Source: Nitrospirota bacterium (lineage in GTDB: Bacteria; Nitrospirota; UBA9217). From it: a stretch of 64,000 nt of DNA. The notes beneath the pieces were generated by a model. That model worked only from the letters and a program-made list of their open reading frames with translations. It did no database searches and was not told the origin of the DNA. Shown one piece after another: positions 1 to 9,010 of the stretch. Position 1 is the first letter of the stretch, and each line of letters begins with the position of its first letter. The stretch is taken from positions 384,001 to 448,000 of the forward strand of contig CAVUCU010000001.1 of the NCBI GenBank assembly GCA_963740085.1, read 5' to 3'. The translations under genes were made by a program, and so were the position numbers.

Positions 1-1
1 T

Positions 2-226
2 TTATTTCACCGTGAAGAGGATCATGGTCGATACCACAAAACCGAGGATCACCATGGTCTCGGGAATGGCCACCAGGATCACGATGGTACCGGTAAGCTC
101 CGGCTTTTCCGCAAGCGCCCCGGCCCCTGCTGCCCCGATCTTCGACTGAGCCCAGGCCGTGGCAAGGGCTGTGAGGCCGATGGCAAGCGCAGCGCACAAC
201 GCAACGAGAACTTTTTCGAGATTCAT
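2..226 (-). CDS. atpK: V/A-type ATP synthase subunit K (c-ring proteolipid)
   Basis: Two hydrophobic helices, AQSKIGAAGAGA and PET ion-binding Glu; AGGAGG RBS before ATG at 226; downstream of subunit I. Confidence 0.92.
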   Translation of the reverse strand: MNLEKVLVALCAALAIGLTALATAWAQSKIGAAGAGALAEKPELTGTIVILVAIPETMVILGFVVSTMILFTVK

Positions 227-259
227 ATGCACCTCCTTGTATGTAATTGTTACTCTTTT

Positions 260-558
260 ACCACAGAGTCACGGAGAAACATAAATTCCTGACCCGGATC
301 AGCCGAAAGCATAAGGGCGTCTCTCGTAACCTGCTCTTGCGATAACGCGGGCACAGGCAGAGCTCGCGGAGGACGCGGAGTTAAATAAAAATCCTGAAGT
401 CTTGGTTGTAACCCATTATTTTTTAAGCTTTTCTCCGCGAACTCTGAGGAAGTCCTAAGTGGCCGCTTTTCTTTCATAGGCCACCGCGAGAAAATATTTT
501 CCCCATTTTGTTTTTGTATATTATTCATTTTCCTTCGTGACTCCGTTCCTCCGTGGTG
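260..558. repeat. Outer imperfect inverted repeat with 8-nt-periodic arms enclosing repeat copy R1a
   Basis: ACCACAGAGTCACGGAGA (260-277) is complementary to CTTCGTGACTCCGTTCCTCCGTGGTG (533-558). Confidence 0.6.
288..495. repeat. Dispersed palindromic element R1, copy a (REP/MITE-like)
   Basis: Shares CCTGACCCGG..AAGGGCGTCTCTC..CGCGGAGTTAAA..TTTTCTCCGCGAACTC..CCGCGAGAAAAT with the reverse complement of 4921-5100. Confidence 0.75.
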
Positions 559-565
559 AAATCCT

Positions 566-2443
566 TCATTTCTTGAGCGGCTCGAACTTCCTTCCTCCAT
601 GCTCCATGAACTTGCTGAAGAACTCAACGTAATGGAGCCTGAGCGAGTGTATCGTCGGCGAGAACACGCCGAGAATGATATTGAGCACATGGATAAGGCC
701 GGCCACAAAAATGCCGGTCACGATGTCGCCGGTCAGGCCGCCCAGATTGTTCGCGACAAAGGCGAGCAGCACCGACGTGAGCCCGATCGCCATGATACGG
801 ACATAGGAAATGATGTTTCCAATGCTTTTTAAAAGCTCAAGCGGGGCCAGCAGTCCTCCGGTAAAGAACAGGAGCGGCGTCAAGAACAGGATGGCGATGA
901 TGACCGGCCGTGAAAGATATGCGGGGAAGACCCCGAAGAAGGATGCGAGAACAACGATCAGGCCCAGGATCATGGCGATGCTCAGGAGCTTGTATGCCGC
1001 CTCTTTTTTTTTCTTCTTCTTGAAGCCCGTGATAACGCCGAAAACAAGTCCGAGGAGCACGTGGCCAACGCCCACGGCAAGGGCAAAGAAGATCATGGGG
1101 ACGATCGCGGTCCTGCGTTCAACGCAGAGCGGCTGCATATGGAAAAGCCGTTCAGGGACGTCGCCGAAGAATTCTCCGAACAGAACGCCGAAGAACATCG
1201 CGTACAGAGAAGCGACCATCAATATCCTGGCCCCATCCCTGACATATTTCTGACGTCTGAATTTCCTTATCAGGAAGAATGAAAGTGCAGCGAGAAACAG
1301 GCCATATCCCGCGTCACCGAGGATCATCCCGAAGAAGACCGGGAAAAAAATGCCAATGAACGGGGTCGGATCGTAGGAGGTATAGGCCGGCAGCGGCAGC
1401 ATGCTCGTGAAGATCTCGAAGGGCTTAAAGTAAGGAGGGTTTTTCAGGATGATCGGTACGTGGTCCAGGTCTTCTTCGCGAAGCTCCTTCTCCGCCAGTA
1501 CGACATCCCCGTGAAATGCCTCCGCCAGGTCCGCTCTTGCCTTCTTCACGTTCTGTGCAGCCATCCAGCCGTTGATGAAGAAACACATCCGCGTTTCAAA
1601 CGCCGCCGCCGTCGTGAACAGTACGGACAGGCGGTCATCGATCCATTCCCGCACGCTGCGGTAGATCGGCGTCCATTGCCGGGCAAATTGGGAAAGCCCG
1701 GCATTGATCCGCTCGAGCTCCGCGGAGACCTCCGCGATCCTCTTCTTGACGTAGCTCACTTTTTCCGTGAAACTGAGACCTGCAAACGAGGGGGGGAAGA
1801 TAAGCTCGGGCACCTGCTCATCGCTCAGGGTCTTTTTCACCTTGTCGGCAATGTTCTTTTCCACCGTAATAAGCCCCACAAGCGTACCATCCCCTGCTGT
1901 CTCGGTTACGAGTTCATATTTCCAGTCGGTGATGCGCGAGAGAGCTTCCTTGAGATGGTCCACCATGTCGGGCTCCCGTATGGTCAGGCCGATGAAATCA
2001 ATGTCCGGTGTTTCTTCAACCCTTTCGATGAGAGGCGCGAGAGTGCCCAGAAATACGGCATATCGCCCGAGTTCCTGTTGCTCTTTCTGAAGCAATTCCT
2101 TCCGCCCGATCTTGTCCGTGATCAGGACACGGTGCCGCTCGACGATCGCAGCCACGGAATCAATGACCGGCCGCGGATCGAGGTAACTGTTCCTGACTTG
2201 CAGCTTGGGAAGCTGAGACAACAACTCCCCGATCTTGGTACGGAGTTCCTCGAGAAACAGGCGTTCAAATACCGACTTTTCATCAAGCATAAACGAGCGA
2301 ATATCCTCCTCATGGCCTTCTTCGATAAAACCCACGGTTGCCGGTTCGATCTGAAATACACCAAGGTTGCGCAGGCAGGCAAGCACCTCCTGAAGCAGGT
2401 CTTTCGCCCCAACGATCTCGACCTTTGCCATGCGGACGATCAT
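566..2443 (-). CDS. atpI: V/A-type ATP synthase subunit I (a)
   Basis: 625 aa; YDPTP, FFGMILGDAGYG, ISYVRIMAIG and HSLRLHYVEFF motifs of NtpI. Confidence 0.95.
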   Translation of the reverse strand: MIVRMAKVEIVGAKDLLQEVLACLRNLGVFQIEPATVGFIEEGHEEDIRSFMLDEKSVFERLFLEELRTKIGELLSQLPKLQVRNSYLDPRPVIDSVAAIVERHRVLITDKIGRKELLQKEQQELGRYAVFLGTLAPLIERVEETPDIDFIGLTIREPDMVDHLKEALSRITDWKYELVTETAGDGTLVGLITVEKNIADKVKKTLSDEQVPELIFPPSFAGLSFTEKVSYVKKRIAEVSAELERINAGLSQFARQWTPIYRSVREWIDDRLSVLFTTAAAFETRMCFFINGWMAAQNVKKARADLAEAFHGDVVLAEKELREEDLDHVPIILKNPPYFKPFEIFTSMLPLPAYTSYDPTPFIGIFFPVFFGMILGDAGYGLFLAALSFFLIRKFRRQKYVRDGARILMVASLYAMFFGVLFGEFFGDVPERLFHMQPLCVERRTAIVPMIFFALAVGVGHVLLGLVFGVITGFKKKKKKEAAYKLLSIAMILGLIVVLASFFGVFPAYLSRPVIIAILFLTPLLFFTGGLLAPLELLKSIGNIISYVRIMAIGLTSVLLAFVANNLGGLTGDIVTGIFVAGLIHVLNIILGVFSPTIHSLRLHYVEFFSKFMEHGGRKFEPLKK

Positions 2444-2760
2444 GAGACACCCGGCAGGATTGTATGAATATGGTGCGCCACAATTCGTGCCAACGTATCG
2501 GTTTCGAGACGCGCGATCCGGTCAGCCTGCTCTTCAGCCTGCTTCACCAAAGCATCGGCCCGGGTCGCCGCTTCCCGCGCCAACGTTTCCCGTGCCTGCC
2601 GGAATGAGGCCGCAAGCTCTTCCTCCTCTCTGGCCCGGCGTTCATCTATTTCCCGTCTGCGGGTCTCAATCCAGGCACGCGTCATCTCCTGCGCCTGCTC
2701 GAGAGATTGCTGGATCTCCTTTTCCACGCCGATGATTTCCCGCAGAATATTGTGTTCCAT
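2440..2760 (-). CDS. V/A-type ATP synthase subunit G/H (peripheral stalk)
   Basis: 106-aa Ala/Glu/Arg coiled coil overlapping the atpI start by 4 nt. Confidence 0.75.
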   Translation of the reverse strand: MEHNILREIIGVEKEIQQSLEQAQEMTRAWIETRRREIDERRAREEEELAASFRQARETLAREAATRADALVKQAEEQADRIARLETDTLARIVAHHIHTILPGVS

Positions 2761-3008
2761 ATTTATATTCTATCAGATTAATTATATTTTCGAGCTTCTT
2801 CCAACTGTTTACAACATTTTGTTTATTTTACGTATTTTATTATAGGGAAAATAGAATATGCCGCTTCCCCGTCCATGCATGGCCTGTATCCTCCGGTGCG
2901 AGTTCTGTTTCACTGCTGAACATGTCCAGTACCGGCAGCATGCTATTTTTTTTATAGTTGTCTGGCAGGGCTCTCTTGTGATAGGCTATAAATATCGGGG
3001 GGGGGTTC

Positions 3009-3596
3009 ATGGTGACCTTTAATGGAGTAAACCATCTGGCCCTGGCCACGGGCAACATGGACGAAACCATCAGGTTTTGGAGGGATCTGCTTGGGATGCG
3101 GTTGATCGCCGGGCTCGGCAAGCCGGGCTACCGGCAGTACTTTTTTGAGATCTCCCGGCATGACATGATCACCTTCTTTGAATGGCCGGGGATCGAACCA
3201 GTTGTTGAAAAGGAGCATGGGAGACCGGTACGCGGGCCTTTCATCTTCGACCACGTCTCGATCGGCCTGGAGACCGAAGATGACCTTTGGCAGCTCAAGG
3301 ACCGGATTAACGCGGCCGGCATCTGGGTATCCGAGGTCATTGACCACGGCTTCATCCACTCGATCTATTCGTATGATCCGAACGGCATCCCCGTTGAGTT
3401 CAGCTACCATGTGACAGGAACAAATGTACGTGACCAACCGTTAATGGCGGACCGGGAGCCTACACCGGCCGCGCAGGAAGGATCGGAACCACAATTCGAA
3501 AAATGGCCGCGCGTTGACAAACCAACGCCAGTAAACGAGCGAAAGGTTTATCCCGGTGCGGGAAGCGAGCTGTTTCATGGAAAAAAGAAAACGTAA
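3009..3596 (+). CDS. VOC/glyoxalase family protein
   Basis: GVNHLAL..TIRFWRDLLG..DHVS..SIYSYDPNGIPVE pattern. Confidence 0.85.
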   Translation: MVTFNGVNHLALATGNMDETIRFWRDLLGMRLIAGLGKPGYRQYFFEISRHDMITFFEWPGIEPVVEKEHGRPVRGPFIFDHVSIGLETEDDLWQLKDRINAAGIWVSEVIDHGFIHSIYSYDPNGIPVEFSYHVTGTNVRDQPLMADREPTPAAQEGSEPQFEKWPRVDKPTPVNERKVYPGAGSELFHGKKKT

Positions 3597-3658
3597 AAAG
3601 ATTTTAGCCGCAGAATACCCCTACTTCACAGACTTTGCAGACACTCGGAGCGGAAAAT

Positions 3659-4816
3659 ATGCTCGACGTCATTATTGCCGGCGCAGGACCTGCCGGTTCC
3701 ACCTGCGCCCGTGAATGCGCCCGGGAGGGGCTCAAGACCCTCCTCCTGGACAAGGACCCCTTCCCGAGATCAAAACCTTGCGGCGGCGCGGTCTCCCAAC
3801 ATGCCCTCTCCCTCCTTGACTTTACTCTGCCCGAGCACATTATCGAAAAAGAATGTTTTGGCGCACGGGTGCACTACGGCGGCAGAAGTATTGAAATGCA
3901 GAGTAAATACCGATATGCAGTACTCGTGAGCCGTGAACGTTTCGATTCTTTTCTTGCTGAAAAGGCCGTTGAGGGCAAGGCGCGGTTCGTGACGGGAGAA
4001 AAGGTCGTTGCCGTCCAGGAAGCAGGCGACGGCGTGACCGTCGTCAGCGAGAAGGCAACCTACCAGTCACGTTTCCTCATCGGGGCAGACGGTATTCACA
4101 GCCGTGTAGCTCTCGCACTGAGGCGGCCGCTTGGCAAGTCTGAGATGGCCCTTGCCCTGGTCTCGCGCGTCCCTGCGGACGACGACATGATAGACCGACG
4201 CCAAAACAGGACACTTGACATGCATTTCGGCATTGCACCTCAGGGATATGGATGGCTGTTCCCTCATCGGGGGTATTACTCGGTGGGCATGATGGGTCTT
4301 GCCTCAATGGTTGAGGACCCCAAAACAATGTTGTCCGATTACGCTCATGCCTTGGGCATGGACCTCTCTGCTGTACAGGGTCACTTTATTCCATTGGGCG
4401 GTACAAAAAGGAATGTTGCATCAAACAGGATCCTGCTGGTCGGCGACGCGGCCGGGTTTGCGGACCCTTTTCTCGGCGAAGGGATAGCGCATGCCGTCCT
4501 CTCCGGCCAGCTGGCCGCACGGGCGATCATTGACAGCATAAGGGACAAAAGAAGTCCCGCCTCGGCAGCAGCCCGCTATCGCCGGGAAAGCGAACAGCAC
4601 ATAAGAAAAAACCTGGTGGTAGCGCTCCGCATGACAAAGCTGCTTGACAGATATCCTGATCTCTTCCTTCGCATCTTCTTCGATCAACCAAGGGCACTGG
4701 AACGCTATCTGGACGTCGTAGGCGGCAGGATCGAGTACCGGTACTTTCAGCAATGGTTGCTCCTTCGAACGCCCTGGTATCTGCTATCAAGCTTTATCTC
4801 GAAGGCCGGGAAATGA
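3659..4816 (+). CDS. Geranylgeranyl reductase family FAD-dependent oxidoreductase
   Basis: GAGPAG, FPRSKPCGG, GADG, GYGWLFP and LLVGDAAG..PFLGEGI motifs. Confidence 0.88.
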   Translation: MLDVIIAGAGPAGSTCARECAREGLKTLLLDKDPFPRSKPCGGAVSQHALSLLDFTLPEHIIEKECFGARVHYGGRSIEMQSKYRYAVLVSRERFDSFLAEKAVEGKARFVTGEKVVAVQEAGDGVTVVSEKATYQSRFLIGADGIHSRVALALRRPLGKSEMALALVSRVPADDDMIDRRQNRTLDMHFGIAPQGYGWLFPHRGYYSVGMMGLASMVEDPKTMLSDYAHALGMDLSAVQGHFIPLGGTKRNVASNRILLVGDAAGFADPFLGEGIAHAVLSGQLAARAIIDSIRDKRSPASAAARYRRESEQHIRKNLVVALRMTKLLDRYPDLFLRIFFDQPRALERYLDVVGGRIEYRYFQQWLLLRTPWYLLSSFISKAGK

Positions 4817-4920
4817 TATTCGTTTCAATTCAGGGGCCGTCATTGCGCGCGTTGCGATTTTGTGAGAGATAAGCCTGCCTTTCATCAGGTACGAATCAAA
4901 TTCTTCACTACAGGGGATAG

Positions 4921-5100
4921 ATTTTCTCGCGGAGGCGCGGAGTTCGCGGAGAAAAACTCAACAATGTTCAAGATTAAAAACAAGACTGATTCATTATGAT
5001 TTATTACAAGATCATCAAGGCTGAGGTTTTAGTTTAACTCCGCGTTCTGCGTACTCTGCGAGAGAGACGCCCTTTTTAGTTCTGACTTGACCGGGTCAGG
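4921..5100. repeat. Dispersed palindromic element R1, copy b
   Basis: Arms TCTCGCGGAGGCGCGGAGTTCGCGGAGA and CTCCGCGTTCTGCGTACTCTGCGAGA around an AT-rich loop; homologous to 288-495 and 37861-37953. Confidence 0.8.
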
Positions 5101-5434
5101 ACTTGGCGTTTTCTTGTATCTCAAACAACGGCTCGTGGATCGACTCTCCCTTGCAAAGCGGGCACTTGCCGGGCTTCTTCAGCCACTCCCGCTTTGAAAA
5201 CTCAAATCAGCACTTCTTACATTCCGCAGGAGTGACAACCAGATGCCTCCCCGATGGTGTACTCGATTTCCTGATATGCTCAAGATGACCGTAGACCTCC
5301 TTTTCGGAGATCCTGACAGCCGCTGACAGCTCCCTGGCGGACCGTGGCCCCTCTCACAGCGCAGACACGATCTCGTGACGGATCGCATCATGCATCTTCA
5401 CAGGAACAAATGGTTCTTTCGGTTTCTCTTTCAT
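5096..5434 (-). pseudogene. HTH/Zn-ribbon transcriptional regulator (COG3357-like) with two in-frame TGA codons
   Basis: Manual translation: MKEKPKEPF..SAL*EGPRSARELSAAVRISEKEVYGHLEHIRKS..PAECKKC*FEF..KPGKCPLCKGESIHEPLF; TGA at 5354-5356 and 5207-5209. Confidence 0.8.
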
Positions 5435-5582
5435 CGATGCCCCTGGATAACATTATCTGGATAACATTATATCGTAAAATCGAATACGTAATCCTGTCTT
5501 TTACCCATTGTTCAAAATCGTGCTATATTTGTATAATTAACGTTTGTCCTCTCCCCCGAACCTTCTTTCATGTCCCCCATCC

Positions 5583-5610
5583 TTGACAGAGCCCTGTTCT
5601 TTGCTACAAT
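5583..5610 (+). promoter_or_regulatory. sigma70-type promoter, probably leaderless
   Basis: TTGACA-16-TACAAT with TG extended -10, 6 nt before ATG 5617. Confidence 0.55.
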
Positions 5611-5616
5611 TGAACT

Positions 5617-5847
5617 ATGATACGCTTTTTTGCCGTTTCCGGAGAGAACTGCCGCGATTGTCACGGTCAGAAAGGCGCGCGAGGATTCATAGACCCGAAG
5701 GCCTTTTCAGAATCAGTGCACGGCGTTTTCGAATGCACCAAATGTCACGTCAGCATCGCCTCATACGCGCACGGCAAGGTCGCGAAGTTGAACTGCGGCA
5801 TCTGCCACTTCCTGCATGCAGTTGGTGCGGTTTCTTTAACGGGGTAA
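5617..5847 (+). CDS. Small c-type cytochrome fragment (3 CxxCH), probably truncated
   Basis: CRDCH, SVHG..CTKCH and CGICH in 76 aa; no signal peptide. Confidence 0.6.
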   Translation: MIRFFAVSGENCRDCHGQKGARGFIDPKAFSESVHGVFECTKCHVSIASYAHGKVAKLNCGICHFLHAVGAVSLTG

Positions 5848-5850
5848 ATC

Positions 5851-6495
5851 GTGAACAAGACCGAAGTGCTGTGCGACAGGGACAGGGCAATGCTTGCCGC
5901 ATTCAGCAAACGCGCGTTCGCACACATCACCGGCCGGTCGCTCAAGGCCCTGCCTCTTCCCTTTGTCAGCGAATATATGAACGCGAATATCATGAAAGAG
6001 GTTGAAAAGGACCGGATCATCATTGAGCAGGCGGCGGCCGCTTTCAAGGCCGGTACACGCATTGAAGAACTGGCAGTGGACGATATTATTGAAATGACCA
6101 GGACCGTGGACAAGGTCTTCGTCAAAGGGCTCATGATCCCGTCGCTGGTGATCAAGGTGAGATATGAAGACATCGCGGATATCAGAAAAAAGAGGATCAG
6201 ATGCCTTGCAAAAGCGGTCTTCAGCCTGATGGATAATTGGACGGATTCGCTCTCATTCGAGACCAGGATACGGCAGGTCTATTCTGAGCAGGAATTCAAA
6301 GCAATCATGACCGAGTTCCTCCATTTATACAATCAGGAAGTCAGGGCGCTCAGCAGATCGATCAAATTCCTGAATCTCTTCAGCACGGCAATCGAGTTCT
6401 TTGCCGACATCATCTTTGAGGTCATGGAAGCGGCGGCAAAAGAGCAGACGGCGGATTGCTTAATAAATATATTCGGAGAGAAAAGCGATGCCTAA
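5851..6495 (+). CDS. Hypothetical helical protein coupled to the radical SAM gene
   Basis: 214-aa ORF overlapping the next gene by 8 nt. Confidence 0.75.
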   Translation: MNKTEVLCDRDRAMLAAFSKRAFAHITGRSLKALPLPFVSEYMNANIMKEVEKDRIIIEQAAAAFKAGTRIEELAVDDIIEMTRTVDKVFVKGLMIPSLVIKVRYEDIADIRKKRIRCLAKAVFSLMDNWTDSLSFETRIRQVYSEQEFKAIMTEFLHLYNQEVRALSRSIKFLNLFSTAIEFFADIIFEVMEAAAKEQTADCLINIFGEKSDA

Positions 6496-8239
6496 GCCGG
6501 ACCTCATACTGCTTCATCCACCGAGCGTTTTCAAGTTCAGAGAGCTGCCTCTCTTCTTCGGTCCGGTCAGTGATGTCGTGCCCTCGTCGGCAATATTTGA
6601 GATCTATCCCATCGGGTTCCTCACCCTGTCCGACTACCTTGACCGGCACGGCATATCGGTGCGGATCATCAATATTGCCTTGAAAATGCTCCGGAACGCG
6701 TCATTCGATCCGGGGCCGTATATCCAGCGGCTTGATGCCATGGCCTTCGGGATCGACCTCCACTGGCTCCCCCATGTAGACGGCAGCCTGAGCCTGGCAG
6801 AGCTCGTCAAAAAACACCATCCGGACACCCCGGTCATCCTCGGCGGACTCAGCGCAACCTATTATCACGAAGAGATCATGCGCGACTATCCTTTTGTGGA
6901 CTTTATCGTCTGCGGCGACTCCACCGAGGAACCACTCCGTCAGCTCATGGAAGCGATCCGTTCCGGTTCAGGGTATGAGAACGTACAGAACCTGGTCTGG
7001 CGGGACAGGACGGGAAGCATGAGGGTGAATGATCGGACCTTTCAACCGAAGGACCTTGATTACGTCAACTTCAATTACCCCCATCTCCTGAAGATGGCGA
7101 TCAAATATCTCGATCCGACCAGTTCCATCCCGTTCAAGTACTGGCTCAGTTATCCGGTCACCGCCATCTTCTCGGTGCGGGGATGCGGTCACAACTGCGG
7201 CACCTGCGGAGGCTCCCTTTCCGCCTTCAACAAGGTCTGCATGAGAAAACAACCCATCTTCCGGTCCCCGGAACTCGTTGTAGAGGATATCCGCACCATC
7301 GCCGAATACACGGGCGCGCCCATGATCGTGCTGGGCGACCTGCTCCAGGCCGGACGGGATTACAGCAACCGTTTCCTGAACGCCATAAAGAAGCACCGCA
7401 TCAGGAACGAGATCTGCATCGAGTTCTTCAGCCCCCCGCCCGTTGATTTCCTCGAAAAGGTCGCAGATTCAATAACAAACTTCAACGTCGAGATATCGCC
7501 GGAATCACACGATGTCGCCGTCAGAAAGACCTTCGGGAAGGACTACAGCAACGCGGCGCTGGAACAGATGATCGAAACGCTCATTCGCCTCGGGTGCAAC
7601 CGGATCGACCTCTTCTTCATGGTCGGACTTCCCCATCAGGACTACGCATCGGTCATGGAGACCGTGAAATACTGCGGTTCTCTCCTTGCGCATTACGGCG
7701 GCAATGGAACGCGGGGCAGGGTCCTCCCCCTGCTTGCGCCGCTTGCGCCCTTCATCGATCCCGGCAGCAGCATCTTTGAGGACCCGGAAAAATACGGATA
7801 TCGTTTCTTCTCCCGGACCTTGAAAGAACACCGGCAGGCCATGCTGATGCCGAGCTGGAAATATTCGCTGAACTACGAGACGAAATGGATGACGCGCGAT
7901 GAGATAGTGAAGGCCACCTATGACGGGGCGCTGGCACTCCTCGAGCTGAAGGAGCGGTATGGGGCAATCAAAGCAGGGAATGCGTCGAGGGTGCGGGACC
8001 ATCTCCAGCGTGCGATGCGGTTGAACGAAAAGATCACTGACCCGGGAAATATCGACGATGCGCTGCGCGAAGAGATCTTCAGCCTGAACACCGTGGACTC
8101 CATCAGCGGCAAGCACGAACTCGACTGGTCAATCAAGGGGTGGAAGGTGAATGTGCTGAGCTTGTTAAAACTGCTGTTAAAACCCGCAAAAAAAGACCCC
8201 GGCAAGCCGCTCCTGCCGTTCACGGGCAATGAACCTTAA
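6488..8239 (+). CDS. B12-binding domain/radical SAM protein (TIGR04190/Ta0216-like)
   Basis: N-terminal DLILLHPPSV..GPVSDVVPSS..EIYPIGF, GIDLHWLPH, GGLSAT; CGHNCGTC CxxxCxxC motif. Confidence 0.85.
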   Translation: MPKPDLILLHPPSVFKFRELPLFFGPVSDVVPSSAIFEIYPIGFLTLSDYLDRHGISVRIINIALKMLRNASFDPGPYIQRLDAMAFGIDLHWLPHVDGSLSLAELVKKHHPDTPVILGGLSATYYHEEIMRDYPFVDFIVCGDSTEEPLRQLMEAIRSGSGYENVQNLVWRDRTGSMRVNDRTFQPKDLDYVNFNYPHLLKMAIKYLDPTSSIPFKYWLSYPVTAIFSVRGCGHNCGTCGGSLSAFNKVCMRKQPIFRSPELVVEDIRTIAEYTGAPMIVLGDLLQAGRDYSNRFLNAIKKHRIRNEICIEFFSPPPVDFLEKVADSITNFNVEISPESHDVAVRKTFGKDYSNAALEQMIETLIRLGCNRIDLFFMVGLPHQDYASVMETVKYCGSLLAHYGGNGTRGRVLPLLAPLAPFIDPGSSIFEDPEKYGYRFFSRTLKEHRQAMLMPSWKYSLNYETKWMTRDEIVKATYDGALALLELKERYGAIKAGNASRVRDHLQRAMRLNEKITDPGNIDDALREEIFSLNTVDSISGKHELDWSIKGWKVNVLSLLKLLLKPAKKDPGKPLLPFTGNEP

Positions 8240-8246
8240 AAGAGTA

Positions 8247-8400
8247 TTTAGACACGGAAGAATCGGATTCAACATATGATAAAAGCGGATTAATATAGAG
8301 TCTATCTTCGTTATAGCCCGTCAGCCTCCGTGTGAAGCGCTTTTCTGGTAAATAAAAATCCGATGTTGTCCGACTCTTGTCCGCATTTATCCGTGGCAAA
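8247..8400. repeat. Imperfect inverted repeat with ~9-nt-periodic CGGA/TCCG arms
   Basis: GACACGGAAGAATCGGATT..AAGCGGATT versus AATCCGATGTTGTCCGACTCTTGTCCGCATTTATCCGTGGC. Confidence 0.6.
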
Positions 8401-8468
8401 TGCCGTATCCAGGATGGTCCCGCATATTGCCGGACGACTGATGCCGCACTCCTGTCTCAGAACAATCC

Positions 8469-8768
8469 TTACAACTTGAGCACATTTTTAAAAAACCTGT
8501 TCATGATAAGACCACCGGCAGCGCCAATCACAGCGCCAAAACCAGCCAGGAACACCATCACCATGGCGAGAACGAGCCCGACCGCGAAAACGTTCTGTCC
8601 CCATGCCGGTCCGAACATCCTGGTCACATCCTTGGCTGCCGCGTCCCACCAGGTCCCCTGCAAAGAACCGGAGAGGAAAGTATCCATGGACAGCGCCGTC
8701 CCAAGCGTAGCCAGGGCGCCGATTGCCGCACCGATGATGACCGCCTTTTTAAGTCCTGGATCGCTCAT
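8469..8768 (-). CDS. Small two-TM membrane protein
   Basis: 99 aa, Gly/Ala-rich hydrophobic segments, GGAGGAG RBS. Confidence 0.7.
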   Translation of the reverse strand: MSDPGLKKAVIIGAAIGALATLGTALSMDTFLSGSLQGTWWDAAAKDVTRMFGPAWGQNVFAVGLVLAMVMVFLAGFGAVIGAAGGLIMNRFFKNVLKL

Positions 8769-9010
8769 CGCGCTCCTCCTCCCCTGGCCCGCGCCCTTTG
8801 GCCGCGACTAATTCCAAATCAAACAATTTTTCAGATTCCGGAGGATAGCAACCAGACGTTCCGGTTGCATCCTTCCAGCTATTACGATTCAGTGCTGCCA
8901 GCGAGGCTCGTGTAGATGAACAAGGGGATCGCTAGCCCCCTCGATAACACCGAAAATCCGTTATTGAATAGCCCCATAGATAACACCGGATTTGCGGCGT
9001 TCTCTAGTTT

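Noticed and set aside
250-708. 152-aa minus-strand ORF in the atpI-atpK spacer
   Set aside because: Overlaps atpI out of frame and runs through repeat DNA; no protein features
5207-5209. Selenocysteine codon next to CxxC
   Set aside because: The TGA occupies the Gly position, and a second TGA occurs at a non-Cys site
8891-8910. TGCCAGCGAGGCT resembling a PyrR-binding loop or SAH riboswitch fragment
   Set aside because: Consensus incomplete, wrong strand for the downstream gene, no matching gene context
8933-8988. Two 20-nt direct repeats as a CRISPR remnant
   Set aside because: Only two short imperfect copies, a 16-nt spacer and no cas genes
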